DNA of 64,000 nucleotides, taken from contig OY970195.1 in assembly GCA_963708185.1 (NCBI GenBank), positions 1,312,001 through 1,376,000 of the forward strand, read 5' to 3'. The translations under genes and the position numbers were made by a program. The first letter of the stretch is position 1; each line of letters starts with the position of its first letter. Of the stretch, positions 61,301 to 64,000 are shown piece after piece. The notes beneath the pieces are model-generated. The model did no database searches. It was not told where the DNA came from and saw only the letters and a program-made list of their open reading frames with translations. The stretch comes from Candidatus Peregrinibacteria bacterium (GTDB taxonomy: Bacteria > Patescibacteriota > Gracilibacteria > UBA1369).

Positions 61301-61400
61301 GCCACGCTTTGACTTTGGCTAATTTTAAATCAAAATCGGGAATCTCATATCCTTCGAGTTTGGCTTTGATAGCCTTATTTTTAAAAAGTCCTGAAGTCAA
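58347..61400 (-). CDS. Type IIG restriction-modification enzyme (Eco57I-like REase-MTase-TRD fusion)
   Basis: PDAILG..VVEIK nuclease; GIYYTP, DPACGSGAFL, VGNPPY; C-terminal TRD; probable TTG start at 61400. Confidence 0.92.
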   Translation of the reverse strand: MTSGLFKNKAIKAKLEGYEIPDFDLKLAKVKAWHEAYENKSLHKKSESQCEQAFNQSFFIEILGYKGFPNEIYTIDPKGNVEAGGQKPDAILGYFSEEKRRVIAVVEIKDVNTSLDKSQKREGSLSPVQQAFKYKPQYKECDFVIATNFFEIRLLKDNQLDFESFTLESLVDPKDNYFQFRKFYYLLNAENFIAKSGETNTLKLLSDIRIEQEQITKEFYRKYRDLRQELIKNILKNNQEARLRESFYVLAVEKAQKIIDRLVFVCFCEDLDLLPDDKLQEVVFHTEKLGLTIPIWDIMKSFFTAIDRGSEKLGIPDGYNGELFKEDEALNGLKIDDEICKKFVELGKYDFGEDLSVNILGHIFEQSISDLEELKSIAEKTTEEPEAHLKTSKRKKDGIYYTPDYIVDYIVKNSLGRYLEEQEQFILTKHGVNTDLTDENYYKRMRTAYEEYREKLRNIKVLDPACGSGAFLVKVYDYFLAENKRIGAILTDISGGKGDLFNVESYIKSLLQNNIYGVDLNPESVEITKLSLWLKTARKGEKLVSLKNNIKCGNSLIDDPTIAGKREFKWESEFSEIIKNGGFDVIVGNPPYVTSKYEKINKKLKETFLSKFETAYDKIDLYTLFIEKSIKLTKNGGKIGLITPWNFMKNFYSFKIRKFILDNCQIEFFFKPHSKVFENVVVDSVISIFKKETGIKNGLISFEGDSEKGKKMQQGKYYTNENFIFDFPAEENEDKILQKMKIGSIQLGEIALNYIGIMTGDQDTMLATSPIFSNSKKVLSGKDIEKWHYFDAGMYINFDKSKIHSNDNEEVFLAKKKILLRKTGRKLIATLDTNQYFTIQSLYNIVLKSEKYDENYILSLLNSSLFTYIYNKFFITNAEVFPYIKRKHLDQFSIKIIPRGSQNPFIEKANIMLSLSENFYEKLQKSLKLLQQEFQLQKVSTKLEKFYELDFDSFIKALGIKKLDLKKKGELLDFFEKNKQEILNLKTKIEQEDQTIDNMVFDLYDLTPEEREIVLKS

Positions 61401-61408
61401 AATAATAC

Positions 61409-61549
61409 AAAAAGGGCCACCTAGACGTAGCACCAACAATTAGCAAGCCGTAAGGCTCTCCAAATGTTGTACGCTAGGTAACCCCAGCTTGTTCATTTGG
61501 AGAGCAAAAAAACGAGTTTTTGCCTTATAACTTACGAATTGTTGGTGCG
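61409..61549 (-). promoter_or_regulatory. Structured leader RNA / attenuator upstream of the type IIG RM gene
   Basis: Two perfect 12-bp nested inverted repeats, alternative pairing ending in a U-tract; upstream TTGAAT-17-TATATT promoter. Confidence 0.7.
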
Positions 61550-61681
61550 ATTGAAATATACGTTAAACGAGAGTTCTATTCAAGAAACAATCCTGAGTAA
61601 TTTTCTTTCGGAAAAGTTGTTGCTATAAGCCTAAATAGGGCTAAAATTCGGGAGAAAAGGTTTAAAGTAAATTTAGATGTA

Positions 61682-63346
61682 ATGAAAGATGTAAACCCTA
61701 AACAATACAGAGTATCTGTTCGTCGAAAGCTCATTGATGCAGCAATTCAGAACAGAGAAAAACCCCACACCGTTACTACCTCCACGGGAGAAGAGGTGAT
61801 TTTGGGTTTAATTGGGGCTACATACGCAATTGATGGGGACTCTTTTTATGCAAATCCGCGATATGAAGATTTCTATTTTCGAGAAATACAAAATGACAAA
61901 ACCTTATGGAATTTTTATAATCGGTGGATTCTTTTAGGAATCAATCATGATTTTTCCGCAGAGGAAAAGCTAAAATTTGTACTTTATTGCAGCCAAAAAT
62001 TAAAAGAACACATTCCTCGCAAACAGCAAATGGTGATTTTATGGCTTTTCTTTGATGTTTTTCATGATCTTATTAGTGCTTTAATCCAGCGCGCTGATCT
62101 CTATTATGAAAAATATATTCCCGAATATCTCCAAAGAATAAACTGTATTTCTGCCGTTTTACGTAAAGTATTGGTTGCTTTTCCTGTTGAAGACTTCAAC
62201 AGTATTTTGCAGAAAATACAGACATTCGCTACCGATCTCAAAAAAAATCTTAAAGTCTTGGGTGAGTTGAAAGATGAATATGACTATAAAGTCGGATCAA
62301 TAGGGGTCATACTTCAAGAATCCTTTAAGCGATTTTATTTTGAAGAAATTTTTCAGAATAACATTTTTTCTATATCTCCAATTTTAGGTGAAAGGGATGA
62401 TTTTAAAATCGCGTTTGAAAAAAAATGGCAAGACCTAAAGCTATATCAAAATAGCAGCTATGGATTTTGGGTGGTCCCATTTATAAATCCAGCTGATTAT
62501 TTTCGATATTTAGAATTCACTTTGGTAGCTGTCGAAAACGTTGAAAAACAGGCTGTTGCTTATCAGGTTTTGGATTTTTTGACCTATGATGTTTTTTCTA
62601 AAAATCCTTATAACAAGCCATATTATGAATATATAATCAACCGACTGATAATTTTTATCGAAAAAAGGTACGTCAAACCGTTTCTTAAAAAAGTTGCAAA
62701 AAATTTAAAACCCCAAAGACAAGTTTCTGACCTTGAAAAAGATGAAGAATTTTTAAAGCCATTGGCGAAAATTGTTAATGATTACGATCCATTTTTTCTC
62801 TTATTTGAGGCAAAATCTTCAAAGCGCTTGAAAGGTTTTGATGATGGATTGTTTGCGCCTATAGGAAAAAACGGAAAGTTATTTTTACTCGGGAATTTGA
62901 GTGAGGGACGTGGTTTTGCTTTTATAGCTTATATTAAGGCAAAAATACGCACTTTGGTGAAAGAATTTATCGGTCTTAAAGAATGGAAAAATAAAAGAAA
63001 ATTGTCATTAGATCAAAGCATATCGAGTGACCAGGATGATCTAACATTAGAAGATATTTTGGCTTTTGAGAAAGATTTAGTTTCTGAAGATCAAGAAGAA
63101 GATTCAAATGACTATGCGTATCCACCTTGTGATACTCAAGATAATGAGTGGTATATTGATAAATTTGCAGAAATAATTGAAGTAGCCCCAAAAACTTTGA
63201 GACGGTGGGATAAAGAAGACTCATTCACTCCTCATAGGAGAACAAGAGGCAAGAAAGGCATTCGCTGCTATATTGAAAGTCAGATTCCTGAAGCTCGAAG
63301 AATCAAAGCTCTAAAAGAGCGAAGACAAAAACACCAAGTCATTTAA
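61682..63346 (+). CDS. Hypothetical protein with sigma-factor-like segment and C-terminal MerR/Xis-type HTH
   Basis: FAFIAYIKAKIR..LSLDQSISSDQDDLTLEDIL; IDKFAEIIEVAPKTLRRWD..R.Y. Confidence 0.7.
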   Translation: MKDVNPKQYRVSVRRKLIDAAIQNREKPHTVTTSTGEEVILGLIGATYAIDGDSFYANPRYEDFYFREIQNDKTLWNFYNRWILLGINHDFSAEEKLKFVLYCSQKLKEHIPRKQQMVILWLFFDVFHDLISALIQRADLYYEKYIPEYLQRINCISAVLRKVLVAFPVEDFNSILQKIQTFATDLKKNLKVLGELKDEYDYKVGSIGVILQESFKRFYFEEIFQNNIFSISPILGERDDFKIAFEKKWQDLKLYQNSSYGFWVVPFINPADYFRYLEFTLVAVENVEKQAVAYQVLDFLTYDVFSKNPYNKPYYEYIINRLIIFIEKRYVKPFLKKVAKNLKPQRQVSDLEKDEEFLKPLAKIVNDYDPFFLLFEAKSSKRLKGFDDGLFAPIGKNGKLFLLGNLSEGRGFAFIAYIKAKIRTLVKEFIGLKEWKNKRKLSLDQSISSDQDDLTLEDILAFEKDLVSEDQEEDSNDYAYPPCDTQDNEWYIDKFAEIIEVAPKTLRRWDKEDSFTPHRRTRGKKGIRCYIESQIPEARRIKALKERRQKHQVI

Positions 63347-63413
63347 ATGGCTTAAATCCATCATGGCTTTGTCCATATTTTCCAGATAGTGAACAACACT
63401 ATCTGTATTTTAA

Positions 63414-63707
63414 ATGAACGAAGTAACGACCACTCAAACTCAAGTCACTGAGGTCCAAATAATACCTGTGAAGCCCACTAATGGCCTCATAGCTTTTGCG
63501 AGCTGCGTTATTGATGGCAAGCTTCTTTTAAGTTCGATTGGTGTTTTTACGAAGTTGGATGGTTCTGGGTATCGTATTACGTTCCCGACAAAAAAGGTCG
63601 GGCGGGAAGGTTTTAACGTGAACGTTTTTAACCCTATCAACAAAGAGGCCTGTGAAGCCATCACGCGGGCGATTTTGGCGAAGGTCGGTAATCTATTTGA
63701 AATATGA
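63414..63707 (+). CDS. spoVG: SpoVG-family nucleic-acid-binding protein
   Basis: VTEVQI..LIAFASCVID..L..I.V..ITFPTKK..FNPINKEA. Confidence 0.8.
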   Translation: MNEVTTTQTQVTEVQIIPVKPTNGLIAFASCVIDGKLLLSSIGVFTKLDGSGYRITFPTKKVGREGFNVNVFNPINKEACEAITRAILAKVGNLFEI

Positions 63708-63856
63708 AAATCCCCAAAGAAGCAGTTAGCCAGTTTCAAGAGCTTTACCGTGTGAAATACGGTAAGGAGCTGACTTTTGAGGAGGCTGAGATTGAGGCGC
63801 GCGAATTACTGAATTTATACGCATTGTCACAAAATAAAAACATTTTTTATGAATAG
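63704..63856 (+). CDS. 50-aa small protein, not in ORF track
   Basis: MKIPKEAVSQFQELYRVKYGKELTFEEAEIEARELLNLYALSQNKNIFYE; ATGA overlap with spoVG. Confidence 0.75.
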   Translation: MKIPKEAVSQFQELYRVKYGKELTFEEAEIEARELLNLYALSQNKNIFYE

Positions 63857-64000
63857 AGAGCTTGAAATCCAGCTTATGAAAGATTCTGAAATTGTCGTGC
63901 TTTTAAAGTCCCTTATTTTGGAGAAGGCGAGCAGGCATGAGGCGGTTTTAAAGGTTGTTCAAGGCTGTCCTGATAGCAAAATTGATCAAATTTTAAGTGG
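63849..64000 (+). CDS. Partial hypothetical protein (runs off window)
   Basis: MNRELEIQLMKDSEIVVLLKSLIL... open to the window end; overlaps upstream stop. Confidence 0.5.
   Translation, partial: MNRELEIQLMKDSEIVVLLKSLILEKASRHEAVLKVVQGCPDSKIDQILS

Larger units (their letters stand above)
53532..64000. mobile_element. Integrated AT-rich element / defence island (right end outside window)
   Basis: Abrupt shift to AT-richer sequence after 53.6 kb; split tRNA 3' end at left border; CBASS, Mrr, RM, HTH and SpoVG-like cargo. Confidence 0.75.

Overview
Bacterial chromosomal segment using the standard genetic code. Gene content, AT-rich leaders and small-protein families suggest a Patescibacteria/CPR organism, possibly Peregrinibacteria-like (inference). 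1-16106 is one uninterrupted minus-strand ORF (>5,368 aa) that the ORF track missed because it runs off the window; it encodes a giant Kelch/IPT/DUF2341/LamG/Big_1 surface protein. The middle holds tRNA-Ser, tRNA-Thr, rpmB, rpmG, a 6S RNA, RCC1/TolB and cohesin-dockerin surface proteins, dsbAB, pyrD with a gtr-like cassette, a RelA/SpoT homologue, an EmrAB-like pump, a divergent F1Fo operon with a b-delta fusion, trehalose synthase/phosphatase and Ndh. From ~53.5 kb an AT-richer integrated element begins at a split tRNA(Gln)-like att junction. It carries a defence island: HTH-GHKL kinase + STAS, CD-NTase + SLATT (CBASS), a HEPN-motif protein, Mrr and a type IIG RM gene with a structured leader RNA. 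The most striking unexplained signal is a ~730-nt intergenic region (49336-50066). It folds into a multi-domain, GU-rich, GNRA-capped structure between a -10 box and an intrinsic terminator, making it a candidate large non-coding RNA.
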